A stretch of DNA of 38,527 bases from Nitrospira sp. (GTDB lineage: Bacteria > Nitrospirota > Nitrospiria > Nitrospirales > Nitrospiraceae), in the NCBI GenBank assembly GCA_035454845.1, contig DATIGH010000025.1:1-38527 (forward strand), read 5' to 3'. Below the pieces are notes generated by a model. The model worked only from the letters and a program-made list of their open reading frames with translations. It ran no database searches and had not been told where the DNA came from. Position 1 is the stretch's first letter. Every line of letters starts with the position of its first letter. The translations under genes and the position numbers were made by a program. Below, piece by piece: positions 18,407 to 29,799 of the stretch.

Positions 18407-19798
18407 TCATGCGGCAGAGGCCAGCTTGGAGAGTAATGCTGGTCCTGTCTTCCAGATGTCTCCCGCTCCCAATGTCAGGACAAGATCGCCTGGCCTCAAC
18501 TGGGGAAACACTTCTTCCACAAGCCGGTCCTTCTGTTCGATGAACGAGACGCGAGGATGGCCAGCCGTACGAATCGCCTCTGCAAGCTTGGACCCGGAGA
18601 CCCCAGGAATCGGCAATTCGCTGGCTGCATAGATCTCGGTCAGAAAGAGATGATCCGCATCGCCAAATGCATTGGAAAATTCCTCGAGCAAATCTCTCGT
18701 TCTCGTGTACCGGTGTGGTTGAAACAACACGATGAGGCGCCGATCGGGCCAGCCTTGTTTGGCCGCCGCTAAGGTCGCTCGGATTTCGGTGGGATGGTGG
18801 CCGTAGTCGTCGACGACCATGATTCCGTTCGCTTCCCCGCGCAAATGGAAACGTCGCTCAACGCCCGTAAAGGCCGCCAGTGCCTTACGAATGAGATCCA
18901 CCGGCACATCCAATTCCACGCCGATGGCAATCGCCGCCAGAGCATTCGACACGTTATGAACGCCGGGCACGGACAGCCGGAAGGGGCCCAGGTTGCGGGT
19001 GCGGAAAAATGCGCGGAACTCCGACCCGCCTTGTTTGGTCACGATTTCAGTCGCCCGAAAATCCGGAACCATTCCGTCCGGCTCGGACAAGCCGTAGGTG
19101 TAGTATCGCTTAACGATTTTGGGGAACAGGGCTCGAAGCCGGGCGTCGTCAGCGCAGAGCACCGCCAGACCATAGAACGGCACCTTGTTGATGAATTCCA
19201 AGAAGCTCTCATAGATGCGTTCCATGCTGCCGTAGTGATCCAGATGTTCCCGATCGAGATTGGTCACTGCCACAATCGTCGGAGAGAGCCGCAAAAACGA
19301 GCCATCGCTCTCGTCGGCCTCCGCGACGAGGAGTTCTCCCCGTCCCAACCGTGCATGGCTCCCGAGGGCATTGACCTTGCCGCCAATCACCATCGTCGGA
19401 TCCAGTCCGCCTTGGGCTAAAATATTGGCGACCATCGATGTTGTCGTAGTCTTCCCGTGCGCGCCGGCGATGGCCACTCCGAATTTCAGCCGCATCAGCT
19501 CAGCCAGCATTTCTGCTCGTGGGATCACGGGAATCTGCCTTGCTTTGGCGGCCAGCACCTCTGGATTCTGTGACGACACCGCGGAGGAAATGACCACCAC
19601 CTGCGCCTCCCCCACATTCGTATCCTGATGGCCGATGAAGATGCGACCGCCTAACTCCTCCAGCCGGCGGGTCGTGTCTGACGCCTGCAGGTCGGAGCCG
19701 CTCACTTTGTAGCCGAGCGTCAGCAGCACCTCGGCAATGCCGCTCATGCCAGCTCCGCCGATCCCGACCAGATGAATGTGTTGGGTCTTACGAAACAT
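18407..19798 (-). CDS. murC: UDP-N-acetylmuramate--L-alanine ligase
   Basis: [39 protein letters not shown] and FQPHRYTRT. Start set at MFRKTQH (ATG 19798, with GGAGG and GAGG upstream). Confidence 0.97.
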   Translation of the reverse strand: MFRKTQHIHLVGIGGAGMSGIAEVLLTLGYKVSGSDLQASDTTRRLEELGGRIFIGHQDTNVGEAQVVVISSAVSSQNPEVLAAKARQIPVIPRAEMLAELMRLKFGVAIAGAHGKTTTTSMVANILAQGGLDPTMVIGGKVNALGSHARLGRGELLVAEADESDGSFLRLSPTIVAVTNLDREHLDHYGSMERIYESFLEFINKVPFYGLAVLCADDARLRALFPKIVKRYYTYGLSEPDGMVPDFRATEIVTKQGGSEFRAFFRTRNLGPFRLSVPGVHNVSNALAAIAIGVELDVPVDLIRKALAAFTGVERRFHLRGEANGIMVVDDYGHHPTEIRATLAAAKQGWPDRRLIVLFQPHRYTRTRDLLEEFSNAFGDADHLFLTEIYAASELPIPGVSGSKLAEAIRTAGHPRVSFIEQKDRLVEEVFPQLRPGDLVLTLGAGDIWKTGPALLSKLASAA

Positions 19799-19862
19799 CG
19801 AAGTACGCCTCAGTCCTCCGGCAGGCGGTGACGGGGAAACGCCGTTGCGTTGCCCGGCACCA

Positions 19863-20987
19863 TCAGACTCCTGCCGCTCCAAGAGAATGGTTGACATCAT
19901 CCTGGTCTCCTATGAGTGCATAGCATTCGCGGACGATTGCCTCGGCCGCGTCCATTCGTCTCAAGCTCAGACTCGCAGCAGCCATTGCTCGCCTCTTATC
20001 AGCGTCGTCGAGAATTCCTGTCACGGCATGCGCCAATCTCTCGCCGCTCAACTCGGCCTGCGGGATGACGACCGCAGCGCCGGCGTCTTGCATGACTTTG
20101 GCGTTTTTCGTCTGATGGTCATAGATCGCCGTCGGCAAGGGAATCAGGATGGCCGGCTTGCCGCAGGCCGTCACTTCGGCGACCGTCATCGCCCCAGCCC
20201 GGGCCACGACCACACCCGCAGCATTGATCGCCGTCGGCATGTCATAAAGAAACGGGGTGACCTCGACGGCAACGCCGGCGCGCTCGTAGGCCTCCTTGAC
20301 CCGACCGTAATCCAATTCACCGGTCTGATGCGTGACGCTAATCTCAGGACGTCGCCTCAAGATCGGCACGAGCCCCTCAATCGCTGCGCTGTTGATCGCC
20401 TTGGCTCCCTGACTTCCGCCGAACACGAGGACATGATGACGGCTCGCCGGATTCTCAGCCGAAGAGGGAGACATTGAGGTCAGAAAGTCCTTTCTGATGG
20501 GGGTGCCGACGACCCGGACCTTGGCGGCGGTAAAGGATCCGGCCGCGGAGGTAAACGCCAAGAACACACGCTGAGCGAAAGGGCCTACCACCTTATTGGC
20601 GAGCCCGGGATGCGCATTGGGCTCAAGAATGACACGGGGCACTCCCGTCAACGCCGCAGCCATGACCATCATCGGACTGGTGTAGCCTCCAACACCGATG
20701 ACCAGACCGGCGCCCGTGGCCTTCAGAACGTTTCGGCATTGCCAGAGACTGACGGGCATGGCCCACAGCCCCTTGAGGATGTCCATGAGTCCTCTGCCCA
20801 TGATCGGCTTCGCACTAATCAAGGCTAACTGAAATCCCTCGTGTGCCAGCACCTTTGACTCGAGCCCTCGTGTCGTGCCGACGAATACGATTTTGGTCAT
20901 CGGGTCGCGCCGCAGGAACTCTCGCGCGAGCGCGATCGCCGGATACAGATGTCCCCCGGTTCCTCCCGCTGCAATCACGATCGTCAT
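19863..20987 (-). CDS. murG: Undecaprenyl-PP-MurNAc-pentapeptide GlcNAc transferase
   Basis: [27 protein letters not shown] and HQTKNA motifs. Confidence 0.97.
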   Translation of the reverse strand: MTIVIAAGGTGGHLYPAIALAREFLRRDPMTKIVFVGTTRGLESKVLAHEGFQLALISAKPIMGRGLMDILKGLWAMPVSLWQCRNVLKATGAGLVIGVGGYTSPMMVMAAALTGVPRVILEPNAHPGLANKVVGPFAQRVFLAFTSAAGSFTAAKVRVVGTPIRKDFLTSMSPSSAENPASRHHVLVFGGSQGAKAINSAAIEGLVPILRRRPEISVTHQTGELDYGRVKEAYERAGVAVEVTPFLYDMPTAINAAGVVVARAGAMTVAEVTACGKPAILIPLPTAIYDHQTKNAKVMQDAGAAVVIPQAELSGERLAHAVTGILDDADKRRAMAAASLSLRRMDAAEAIVRECYALIGDQDDVNHSLGAAGV

Positions 20988-22180
20988 CGCTGATCGGGCT
21001 CACGCCGTCCGCCTTTGGATCCGCCACCCTGCCGATCTCGTGAAATGCTCAAGAGCATTCCAACGCCCGCGAAACTCACGACCAGCGACGAACCGCCATA
21101 GCTGACGAAGGGCAACGTCAACCCCTTGGTCGGCAACAGCCCGGTGACCACCGCCGCGTTGACCAGCGCCTGGATCCCGATCAAGAGCGTGATGCCGAGG
21201 CCAAGGTATCTGCCGAACGGCATCCGCGCCCGGGAGGCGATGAAAAACCCTCGCCACACGAAGAAGGCAAAGAGGACGATCACAGAGGCCGTGCCGGCCA
21301 AACCAAGCTCTTCCCCAACCAGCGCCAAGACGAAATCGGTATGGGCTTCCGGCAAAAAGAACAATTTCTGCTTGCCCTCGCCCAGCCCCACTCCGAACGG
21401 CCCGCCGCTGCCGAACGCGAGAAATGACTGCGTAATCTGAAACCCGGCATCTGCTGCGTCCTTCCAGGGGGCCAAAAACGTCAGGAGCCGTTGACGGCGA
21501 TAACTGGAGCCAAGGACGAGGAGCAGGATCACCGGAATCGAGCAGAACCCCAGCGCCGCCAAATGAGTCATCCGTGCACCGCCCAAAAAGAGCAGACACA
21601 CGGTTACCAAGCCCATGACGACGACGGTGCCGAGATCCGGCTCCAGTAACACGAGCCCGCTGAGGAGTCCCACGACGATCAGCGCAGGCAGAAGCCCGCT
21701 CCGAAATCCGTCCAGCTTGTCCGCCTTCTTGGCTAGATAGGCGGCCAGATAAATCACCAGCACGAGCTTGACCATTTCGGCCGGTTGAATCGAAATGACA
21801 CCCCATCGCAGCCAGCGCCGTGCGCCCTTCGCCGCAACGCCGAGCGACGGGATCAGCACCAGCACGAGCAGCACCATCATGCTGATGAGGATTGGAATCG
21901 AGAGTTTCTTCCATATCTGATAGTCGATCCTGGACGTCAGATGCATCAGCAGCACGCTGAATCCCAGCCAGGCGATCTGTCGTTTCAAGAAAAACTCCGG
22001 GTCTTGAAACCGATTGCCGGCCACGATGGCGCTGGCGCTGAAGACCATGACTAACCCTATCAAGGCGAGCGTCAGCGTCACGAAGAGCAGCACATGGTCC
22101 ATCGCGACGCGTGAGGGGCCCGATCGTTGCCCGCTCGTCGGCCAAGGCAACGACAGGGTTCCTGCGGATCGTGACGCCAT
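20984..22180 (-). CDS. ftsW: SEDS peptidoglycan polymerase FtsW
   Basis: GARRW, IQPAEMVK, EPDLGT, LPEAHTDF, GEELG and PTKGLTLPFVSYGGSS motifs. Confidence 0.97.
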   Translation of the reverse strand: MASRSAGTLSLPWPTSGQRSGPSRVAMDHVLLFVTLTLALIGLVMVFSASAIVAGNRFQDPEFFLKRQIAWLGFSVLLMHLTSRIDYQIWKKLSIPILISMMVLLVLVLIPSLGVAAKGARRWLRWGVISIQPAEMVKLVLVIYLAAYLAKKADKLDGFRSGLLPALIVVGLLSGLVLLEPDLGTVVVMGLVTVCLLFLGGARMTHLAALGFCSIPVILLLVLGSSYRRQRLLTFLAPWKDAADAGFQITQSFLAFGSGGPFGVGLGEGKQKLFFLPEAHTDFVLALVGEELGLAGTASVIVLFAFFVWRGFFIASRARMPFGRYLGLGITLLIGIQALVNAAVVTGLLPTKGLTLPFVSYGGSSLVVSFAGVGMLLSISRDRQGGGSKGGRREPDQR

Positions 22181-22212
22181 TGCTCAGCAACACTCCTCCT
22201 GGAACGACGATC

Positions 22213-23628
22213 CTAATCCGGCAGCGACTGCACGACCGATTTAAATTGACGCCCCCGGTCCTGATAATCCCGGAACATGTCGAAACTTGCGCAGGCCGGC
22301 GACATCAACACGACATCGCCGGCCGCCGCCTCGCGAGCTGCCCACTCAACTGCTTCCCGCAAGGACTTCGCTTCACTTACGGTCGTCGCTCCCGCCCAAG
22401 CCGCCTTCAGAGAGGGCGCGGCTTCACCAATTAAAATGGCATGCTTCACGCGATGCCTGACCATTTCTGTCAGACGGGAAAAATCCCCGCCCTTGTCACG
22501 TCCGCCGGCAATCAACCAAATCGGGCGATCAATACCCTCTATGGCTTTTAAAGTTGCATCGACGTTTGTCCCCTTCGAGTCATTCACAAAACGAACGCCG
22601 CGCCGCTCCCTCACCAGCTCCAAAGCATGTTCGAGACCAGGAAATGTGGTGGCGACTCGTCGAATCATCTCCACTGGACATCCCCAGAGCGCGGCATAGG
22701 TCGCTGCAGCCATGACGTTTTCGACGTTGTGATGACCAAGAATTTTCAGATCGCTTGTGCGGCAGATCTCCTGGCGCCGGCCTGTGACAGTCGTGACAAT
22801 CTGGTCGCCATCAAGGTACGTTCCTCCATCGAAGCCGCGTCCGATTTCTTGCCGTCTCGAAAACCCGATCCGCTTGGCTCGCACCGTGCTCGGTAACATC
22901 GCCACCCGCGCATCATCGAGATTGAAGAGCGCGAAATCGTCACTGGTCTGATTTTCAAAAATCCGACGTTTGGCCGCGAGATATTCGTCAAGGGAGTCAT
23001 ACCGGTCCTGATGATCCACCGTCACATTCAGGATCGAGGCCACCCAAGGACGGAAGCGTTCAATCGTCTCCAGCTGAAAACTCGACACCTCCACCGCCAC
23101 GTAATCGTAGGGCTCCGATTTTCCCTGCTTTTTCGCCTGCAATGACGTCCATGCGGCTTCGCTCAACGCGGTCCCCAGATTGCCGCCGACAAAAGCCCGT
23201 TTCCCCTGCTCGGCGAGCATCTTTCCGATCAAGGTCACCGTGGTGCTTTTTCCGTTTGTCCCGGTCACTGCAAGAACGGGAGCGGACAGAAAGCGGGAGG
23301 CCAGCTCGAGTTCGCTGATGACTTTCACTCCACGTCCCCTCACGCGATTGAGCGCCTCCAGGCGATATGGCACTCCGGGGCTGATGACCACGAGGTCGGC
23401 ATGCTCCAGCGAACGCTCATAGTCCGCCCCCAAGGAGACCTCAACCTCAGTGCGGTCCACGGTCTTCAGCACGGGAGCCAACTCGTCCTCGCCTTTCCGG
23501 TCAGCTACGGTTACGCGCGCCCCGGCCTCCCTGAGCAAATGGCAGGCGGCGATGCCGCTTCGTGCAAGTCCGAGCACCGTCACATGAGCGCCAGACAAAT
23601 CCACTTCATCGACCTCAACCATGCCCAT
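22213..23628 (-). CDS. murD: UDP-MurNAc-L-Ala--D-glutamate ligase
   Basis: [38 protein letters not shown] and SPACASFD. The ATG at 23628 overlaps the mraY stop (TGATG). Confidence 0.96.
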   Translation of the reverse strand: MGMVEVDEVDLSGAHVTVLGLARSGIAACHLLREAGARVTVADRKGEDELAPVLKTVDRTEVEVSLGADYERSLEHADLVVISPGVPYRLEALNRVRGRGVKVISELELASRFLSAPVLAVTGTNGKSTTVTLIGKMLAEQGKRAFVGGNLGTALSEAAWTSLQAKKQGKSEPYDYVAVEVSSFQLETIERFRPWVASILNVTVDHQDRYDSLDEYLAAKRRIFENQTSDDFALFNLDDARVAMLPSTVRAKRIGFSRRQEIGRGFDGGTYLDGDQIVTTVTGRRQEICRTSDLKILGHHNVENVMAAATYAALWGCPVEMIRRVATTFPGLEHALELVRERRGVRFVNDSKGTNVDATLKAIEGIDRPIWLIAGGRDKGGDFSRLTEMVRHRVKHAILIGEAAPSLKAAWAGATTVSEAKSLREAVEWAAREAAAGDVVLMSPACASFDMFRDYQDRGRQFKSVVQSLPD

Positions 23629-24704
23629 CACCGTAACTTCAGAGTGCTGAGACTCAACAGCGCCAGCAGAATGGCAATGATCCAAAGGCGCACGACGACC
23701 TTCGGCTCTTCCCAGCCCTTCATCTCGAAATGATGATGGATCGGTGCCATGAGAAAAATGCGCTTTCCACGAGACTTGAAGGACGCGACCTGGAAGATGA
23801 CGGAGACCGCCTCGATAACGAACACCCCGCCGACCATCAGGAGCAACAGTTCATGCTTGCTGATGACGGCCACCGTGCCCAAGGCCGCGCCGAGCGGCAA
23901 CGAACCGACGTCCCCCATGAACACCGACGCCGGATAGGTGTTGAACCACAGAAAGCCCAGACTCGATCCCAGGATCGCGGCGGTAAACACGGCGATCTCT
24001 CCCGAGCCTTCGATATGAGGGATAAGGAGGTAATCGGACATGATCCGATGGCCGGCGACATAGGCCACAATCGTGTAGGCAAGCGCCGCAATCATGATCG
24101 GTCCGATCGCCAGCCCATCGAGGCCATCCGTCAGATTGACGGCATTGGAACTACCGACGATGACCAGGACCACGAACACCACGTAGAACCACCCGAGGTC
24201 GGGGGTGAAATTCTTGAAGAATGGCACGTTCAACTTCGTGGAATAGCTGGGAAGGGAATAGAGGGCAAGAGCGATCAGCAAGGCCACGCCGATCTGTGCG
24301 GTGAATTTCTGCGCGGGAGACAGTCCCTTGGACTGAGCCTTGATGAACTTCAGATAGTCATCCGCAAATCCGATCGCGCCGAACCCGAGGGTGGCGATCA
24401 TCACCAGCCACACGTATGGTTTGGTGATGTCGGCCCACAACAGCGTCGAAAGCAAGACCGCAAAGATGATGAGCAGCCCTCCCATCGTGGGCGTACCGCT
24501 CTTAGCAAGGTGGTGCTTCGGGCCGTCGTCACGGATTTGCTGGCCGAGCTTGATCTCTTGCAACTTCCGAATGAGCCACGGCGTGAGCACAAAGGCAATA
24601 AGGAAGGCCGTGACGGCCGCATAGATGATTCGAAAGCTCAGATACCGGAAGACGTTGAGGAACCCGTATTCCGTATGGAGAGGATACAACCAGTTGTACA
24701 GCAT
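23628..24704 (-). CDS. mraY: Phospho-MurNAc-pentapeptide transferase
   Basis: [34 protein letters not shown] and MAPIHHHFE motifs. Confidence 0.98.
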   Translation of the reverse strand: MLYNWLYPLHTEYGFLNVFRYLSFRIIYAAVTAFLIAFVLTPWLIRKLQEIKLGQQIRDDGPKHHLAKSGTPTMGGLLIIFAVLLSTLLWADITKPYVWLVMIATLGFGAIGFADDYLKFIKAQSKGLSPAQKFTAQIGVALLIALALYSLPSYSTKLNVPFFKNFTPDLGWFYVVFVVLVIVGSSNAVNLTDGLDGLAIGPIMIAALAYTIVAYVAGHRIMSDYLLIPHIEGSGEIAVFTAAILGSSLGFLWFNTYPASVFMGDVGSLPLGAALGTVAVISKHELLLLMVGGVFVIEAVSVIFQVASFKSRGKRIFLMAPIHHHFEMKGWEEPKVVVRLWIIAILLALLSLSTLKLR

Positions 24705-24735
24705 GCTCGTCTTACGTCTCTGATCCGACGCGTCG

Positions 24736-26187
24736 CTATGACGCCTGCTTCGTCACCGCTTTCATGCCGGTCAATCCCTGCACGATTTGTTCCATCCGCA
24801 TGCCGCGAGAGGCCTTGACAAGAACAACATCTCCGCGGCGAACGGACTTCTTGAGAAGGTCGGCGGCTGCCGCCGCATCGGCCACCTCCACGATGGCCTG
24901 ACTGGACATCCCACCCTGTCTGGCACCTGCGGCGATCTCTCTTCCCAACTCTCCGCATACGATCAAACGAGACAACGACTGTCCCGCCACAAAGCGTCCG
25001 ACCTCGCGGTGCATGTTCAGGGTCTCTCGTCCAAGCTCCAACATATCTCCTAGAACCGCCACCCGTTCCCGTGCCGGAGTCCACTCGCCCAGGAGCTGCA
25101 GGGCCGCTCTCATGGAACCCGGATTGGCGTTGTAACAATCATTGATGATCTGCACCCCATGATGACTCACGATTTGGGATCGCATGGCAGCCGGACGGAA
25201 TTTCGCCAGGCCCTGTGCGATCATGATGCCCGGGAAATTCAAGCAGTATCCGATGGCGGCAGCGGCCAAGGCATTGGTGACATTATGCAACCCTGGTACT
25301 TTGATGACGACGGACGTAGGACGGCTCTTCCCGGGAAGCAGCAGCCCGAACCTGGTTCCTTTCCGTGCGTCGGAGGTGACATGAATCGCGCGAACGTGCG
25401 CCCTCTCAGATAATCCGAATGAGACGACACGGCAATGCGCTCGTGAGGCCAGATAATCGAAATAGGGGTCGTCCGCATTCAAAATCACCGTTCCGTCGGG
25501 CGACAGCATGTCCAGCAGCTCCGCCTTGGCCTGTGCCGATCCCTCCATGCCACCGAAGAATTCCAAATGGTCGGGTCCAATATTAGTAATGATCCCGATG
25601 GTCGGATGGACGATTTCACAAAGGCGCGTTGTTTGTCCCCGATGGTCAACGCCCATCTCGATCACAGCGGCTTGATGTCTGGCCGTAAGGCGGAACAAGG
25701 TGTACGGTACGCCGATACGGTTGTTGTAGTTGCCTTCGGTCCTCAGTGTCCTCCAGCGTTGAGCGAGTACGCTGGCGACCATATCCTTCGTCGTCGTTTT
25801 CCCGTTGCTGCCCGTGACGGCGATGACCGGAATCGAAAAACGACTTCGATGATGCGTTGCCAGCTGCTGATAGGCAAATAGTGGATCCTGGACGCCAAAG
25901 AGAAATGGCTCGTTACGGCTGCCGATGGCTTTTGTGTGCTTTCCCTCCCATCGATAACTGTCATGAACGATGGCACCGGCCGCGCCCTTAGCCAGAACCT
26001 CCTGGACGAATTGATGACCGTCGTATCGATCTCCTTGCAAGGCCACAAAGAGATCGCCGCGGTGGATCGACCGTGAATCGGTGCTGATTCCTCGGATGCG
26101 CCGCTTGGTCGAAAAAAGCGAGGGATCGCCTGCAAGCACCTTGACGCTGATGACTTCACGCATTTCAGCCAGCGTAAACAGTCCCAT
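24736..26187 (-). CDS. murF: UDP-MurNAc-tripeptide--D-Ala-D-Ala ligase
   Basis: STDSR, TGSNGKTTTK, NYNNRIGVP, EMG, NDCYNANP, LGDMLELG and KASRG. Start placed at MGLFT (26187); 26238 is an alternative. Confidence 0.95.
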   Translation of the reverse strand: MGLFTLAEMREVISVKVLAGDPSLFSTKRRIRGISTDSRSIHRGDLFVALQGDRYDGHQFVQEVLAKGAAGAIVHDSYRWEGKHTKAIGSRNEPFLFGVQDPLFAYQQLATHHRSRFSIPVIAVTGSNGKTTTKDMVASVLAQRWRTLRTEGNYNNRIGVPYTLFRLTARHQAAVIEMGVDHRGQTTRLCEIVHPTIGIITNIGPDHLEFFGGMEGSAQAKAELLDMLSPDGTVILNADDPYFDYLASRAHCRVVSFGLSERAHVRAIHVTSDARKGTRFGLLLPGKSRPTSVVIKVPGLHNVTNALAAAAIGYCLNFPGIMIAQGLAKFRPAAMRSQIVSHHGVQIINDCYNANPGSMRAALQLLGEWTPARERVAVLGDMLELGRETLNMHREVGRFVAGQSLSRLIVCGELGREIAAGARQGGMSSQAIVEVADAAAAADLLKKSVRRGDVVLVKASRGMRMEQIVQGLTGMKAVTKQAS

Positions 26188-26228
26188 CCCCTCTTCGCCT
26201 CGCTCGGTTTTTCCTGCCGGATGCACCG

Positions 26229-27746
26229 TCACGCGCAATTCCTCAATTGCTGAATCGCCTCACGTGCGACTTCCCGATCGTCGAAATGCACCTTCTTTGT
26301 GCCGAGGATCTGATAGTCTTCATGTCCCTTGCCGGCAATCAAGACAATGTCACCCGCTCGGGCCAGTCGCACGGCCGACACAATGGCCTCTCGCCGGTCT
26401 GCAATGAGATGGTATTCCACATGAGCGCGGGCCCGCAGTGCCTCACGAACGCCGGCTTCCACCTCTCGGAGAATTGCCATTGGATCTTCCGTTCGCGGGT
26501 TGTCGGAAGTCAGGACGACCACATCGCTGTACTCAACGGCGGCCCGCCCCATCTTAGGGCGCTTACCGCGATCGCGATCGCCCCCGCACCCGAAGACCGT
26601 GATGATCCGATGCGTTTTCACCGCTTGCGCGGCGGTCAGTAAGCGCACGAGGGCGTCTTCGGTATGGGCATAATCCACCACGACCGTAAAATCCTGACCG
26701 GCCGAGACCCGCTCAAAGCGGCCAGGCACGTTGGTCAACCCCGCCACGGCGTCCCGCACCTGATCGCAAGTCGCGCCGGCGTGTAATGCGACGCCAATGG
26801 CCCCCAGGAGGTTGTACACGTTGTGTTCACCGACGAGTCGACTGTCGACCGGAAAGACGCCGGCCGGCGTTGCAGCGGTGAAGGCGGATCCATTCATTGA
26901 TAGACGCACGTCCTCAGCCTGCAGGTCAGCCCGGCCTTTGACCGCAAAGCCCCACACCGGCACTCGACAGGCCGCACGTACCTGAGCGCCTCGAGGATCA
27001 TCCATATTAACGATGGCCCGTTGACCAGTTTTTTTCCCCTGGCCGAGCGTCGTAAACAGCCGCAGCTTCGCTTGAAAGTACTCTTCCATCGTCCGGTGAT
27101 AATCGAGATGATCCTGTGTCAGATTGGTGAAGACCGCGACGTCATATTCGCACCCGGCGGTCCGGTCCATGGCCAAGGCATGCGAGGACACCTCCATGAC
27201 GACGCTATCGATGTGTGCATGGTTCATCTTTGCCAACAGCCCTTGCAATTCGAGTGCACCGGGGGTCGTATGAGAAGCGGGAATCGTTTCCGCTCCAATT
27301 TGGTAGGCCACGGTACCGATCAGGCCGACCTGACGATCCATGCCCTCGAGCAAGGCTTTGCAAAGATAGGTAGTTGTCGTCTTGCCGTTGGTCCCCGTGA
27401 CACCAATCATGGTCAACCGCGCCGAGGGATCACCGTGGAAACGGCTGCCGATCAAACCAAGAGCTTTGCGTGAATCCGCGACCTTCACAAAGGGAAGCGA
27501 TTCCCGATCAACGGATTCTTGCCCGACAATCGCAACTGCTCCGGCCTGAATGGCTTGCGCCACGTACCGGTGCCCGTCGACACGCTCCCCCTTGACTGCG
27601 ACGAACAGACAGCCTGAGGCGACTGCCCTGGAATCGTCGGTCACCGAGGTGACCGACCGGTCCAATGCGCCGTGCCGTTCGATGATCGCCACTTGGCCAT
27701 TGAGCGCCGCCAGCAACTGCATGACCGTCATCGATCGGGATTCCAT
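26229..27746 (-). CDS. murE: UDP-MurNAc-dipeptide--meso-diaminopimelate ligase
   Basis: GTNGKTTT, MEVSSH, DYAHT, FGCGGDRD, DNPR (the meso-DAP-type motif) and AGKGHE. Confidence 0.97.
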   Translation of the reverse strand: MESRSMTVMQLLAALNGQVAIIERHGALDRSVTSVTDDSRAVASGCLFVAVKGERVDGHRYVAQAIQAGAVAIVGQESVDRESLPFVKVADSRKALGLIGSRFHGDPSARLTMIGVTGTNGKTTTTYLCKALLEGMDRQVGLIGTVAYQIGAETIPASHTTPGALELQGLLAKMNHAHIDSVVMEVSSHALAMDRTAGCEYDVAVFTNLTQDHLDYHRTMEEYFQAKLRLFTTLGQGKKTGQRAIVNMDDPRGAQVRAACRVPVWGFAVKGRADLQAEDVRLSMNGSAFTAATPAGVFPVDSRLVGEHNVYNLLGAIGVALHAGATCDQVRDAVAGLTNVPGRFERVSAGQDFTVVVDYAHTEDALVRLLTAAQAVKTHRIITVFGCGGDRDRGKRPKMGRAAVEYSDVVVLTSDNPRTEDPMAILREVEAGVREALRARAHVEYHLIADRREAIVSAVRLARAGDIVLIAGKGHEDYQILGTKKVHFDDREVAREAIQQLRNCA

Positions 27747-27757
27747 CGTCAGTTTGG

Positions 27758-29461
27758 CTATCGCGCCATGGCGATCTTCACTTGATCGTCCCGAGGCACA
27801 CCCAAATATGTCAGCACCTGCTCGCCGACCCGACGAAAGACCGGTGCCGCGACAACGCCACCCCAGGCTTCGCCCTGCGGCTCATCGATGACGACAATCA
27901 TCGCGAGACGGGGAGCGTGGGCCGGCACGAAGCCGACGAAGGAACCGACGGACAACACGCTGGAGTAAGCGCCGGTCCGTGGATCGACTTTTTGTGCCGT
28001 CCCGGTCTTCCCTGCGACACGAAATCCTGGAATTGCGGCTTTCGTTCCCGTTCCACTGGCGACAACGCCTTCCAAAATGGTTGTCAGCGTCCGTGCCGTG
28101 GCCGGAGACACCACGCGGCGCCTGACCTGAGGAAGTACTTCCTTCACGGGCTGGCCCTTTTGATCACTGACGCCGGAGACTACATAGGGCTTCATGAGGA
28201 CGCCGTCATTGGCGATAGCCGATACGGCTGAGACCATTTGCAATGGCGTCACTCCTATCTCCTGCCCCATTGAGATCGAAGCTAGGGAGCGGCGGCCCCA
28301 CTCTCGAGGCGACTTGAGCAATCCTACGACTTCTCCCGGAAGATCAATGTCCGTGCGCTGGCCAAACCCGAAGGCCTGCAGATAGCGATACAGGCGTTGC
28401 TGACCGAGCAGTATGCCCGTTTTGGCCGCGCCGATATTGCTCGACTTCTGCATCATTTGGGCAAACGTCATCCAACCGAGTTTTTCGTGATCATGGATCG
28501 TCGTGTTCGCAACCGTCATCCGGCCGTTCTCTCCAAACAACATGGACCCCGGCATCATGACTCGTTCCTCCAGCGCCGCAGCCGCCACCACCACCTTCAT
28601 GGTTGACCCAGGTTCGTAGGTATCGGTCAGCGCCCGATTCCTCCAGCGGTCCGCCGTTAACGATGCTACGGCATTGGGGTCGAACCGCGGGCTCACCGCC
28701 ATCGCGAGGATTGCGCCGCTTTGGGGCTCCATCACGATGATGGTTCCCGATTTCGCGCGGGCATGGTCGACGGCCTCTTCCAACTCCTTTTCAGCAATGT
28801 ATTGGATCACTTCGTCGATTGTTAAAGTCAGAGCATGGCCTGCGGCCGGAACCTGTTCGCGAAGCCCTTTGGGAAATACTGTTCGCCCCAGTGCATCGCG
28901 TTGAAGAATCGTCAGCTGCTTTTCTCCATGGAGCTGCGATTCATATCGGCGCTCTAATCCTTCGAGTCCGACTCCGTCCATTCCCACAAACCCAAGGACA
29001 TGGGCGAGCAGAGGTCCTTTGGGATAGAACCTTCGCCCCTCCATCACCATTCCAATGCCGTCTATCGACAATTGCTCCAGCCTGCGGCCCTTCTCCGGCT
29101 CGACCTTTCGCGCCAGCCACACGAAATGTTTGTCCTGACGCAACTTCTTTTCGATGTCATCTCGACGGATATGCAGCACAGATGAAAGGGATTTGGCGGC
29201 ATTGGCAGGGCTGTCGAGTGATGTCGGAACTCCGAAAATCGAGGGGACTTCCACATTCATCGCCAACACCTTCCCGTGACGATCGGTAACGGTCCCTCTC
29301 ACTCCCTCCAATGTGACGCTTTTTTGGTGCTGCCGATCCGCTCGCGCGGTGAGCTCGGCCGCTTGCAACACCTGAAGGCTGACCAGCCTGAACAAAATGA
29401 CTCCGAACCCAGAGAGGAGGAAAAACAGCAGGACGTACCGACGCCCACGAGAAGGACCCAT
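27758..29461 (-). CDS. ftsI: Class B penicillin-binding protein FtsI (PBP3)
   Basis: N-terminal TM segment, RGTVTDR, RFYP, GLE, SxxK (EPGSTMK), SSN and KTGTAQ; no PASTA extension. Confidence 0.95.
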   Translation of the reverse strand: MGPSRGRRYVLLFFLLSGFGVILFRLVSLQVLQAAELTARADRQHQKSVTLEGVRGTVTDRHGKVLAMNVEVPSIFGVPTSLDSPANAAKSLSSVLHIRRDDIEKKLRQDKHFVWLARKVEPEKGRRLEQLSIDGIGMVMEGRRFYPKGPLLAHVLGFVGMDGVGLEGLERRYESQLHGEKQLTILQRDALGRTVFPKGLREQVPAAGHALTLTIDEVIQYIAEKELEEAVDHARAKSGTIIVMEPQSGAILAMAVSPRFDPNAVASLTADRWRNRALTDTYEPGSTMKVVVAAAALEERVMMPGSMLFGENGRMTVANTTIHDHEKLGWMTFAQMMQKSSNIGAAKTGILLGQQRLYRYLQAFGFGQRTDIDLPGEVVGLLKSPREWGRRSLASISMGQEIGVTPLQMVSAVSAIANDGVLMKPYVVSGVSDQKGQPVKEVLPQVRRRVVSPATARTLTTILEGVVASGTGTKAAIPGFRVAGKTGTAQKVDPRTGAYSSVLSVGSFVGFVPAHAPRLAMIVVIDEPQGEAWGGVVAAPVFRRVGEQVLTYLGVPRDDQVKIAMAR

Positions 29462-29463
29462 GA

Positions 29464-29799
29464 CTATTTCGCTCCTCCCAATACCGGCATCGTTCGAGCA
29501 ATCCGCAGATGTTCAACAGGCGGCGTCGCCAACAGCGGCACGCTCGGCTGCGGATGAATGATGAAGACCTGACCCTGCTGTGGCGGAAACAGCCCAAGCT
29601 TGTCCGTCGCGACTCTGGCGATTCGCTCGGGAGCCGTCAGCGCTGACACCTTCACTTGGAGCTGATCACGTTCCCGCTCGAGTAATGTCTTCTGTGTCTT
29701 GAGGCGCTCAATGGAATAGCCCAGCCGAACGACATCAACCCTCTCCCAGACGAAAGCGAACACAAGGCACATGGCCGCCACAACGGCAACTGCTTTCAT
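29464..29799 (-). CDS. ftsL: Cell division protein FtsL
   Basis: Short TM segment, leucine-zipper coiled coil and PERIARVATDKLGL; between rsmH and ftsI. Confidence 0.85.
   Translation of the reverse strand: MKAVAVVAAMCLVFAFVWERVDVVRLGYSIERLKTQKTLLERERDQLQVKVSALTAPERIARVATDKLGLFPPQQGQVFIIHPQPSVPLLATPPVEHLRIARTMPVLGGAK

Noticed and set aside
21000-22193. 397-aa same-strand alternative-frame ORF covering nearly all of ftsW
   Set aside because: The product is Arg/Gly/Ala/Pro-rich with no motifs. A stop-free shifted frame is expected in a GC3-rich, hydrophobic membrane gene. The strong AGGAGGA upstream is adequately explained by ftsW.
23730-24818. 362-aa antisense ORF over mraY (also 6965-7873 over pilC and 13308-13943 over ftsZ)
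   Set aside because: Codon-mirrored antisense frames typical of high-GC genes; no RBS or recognisable motifs.
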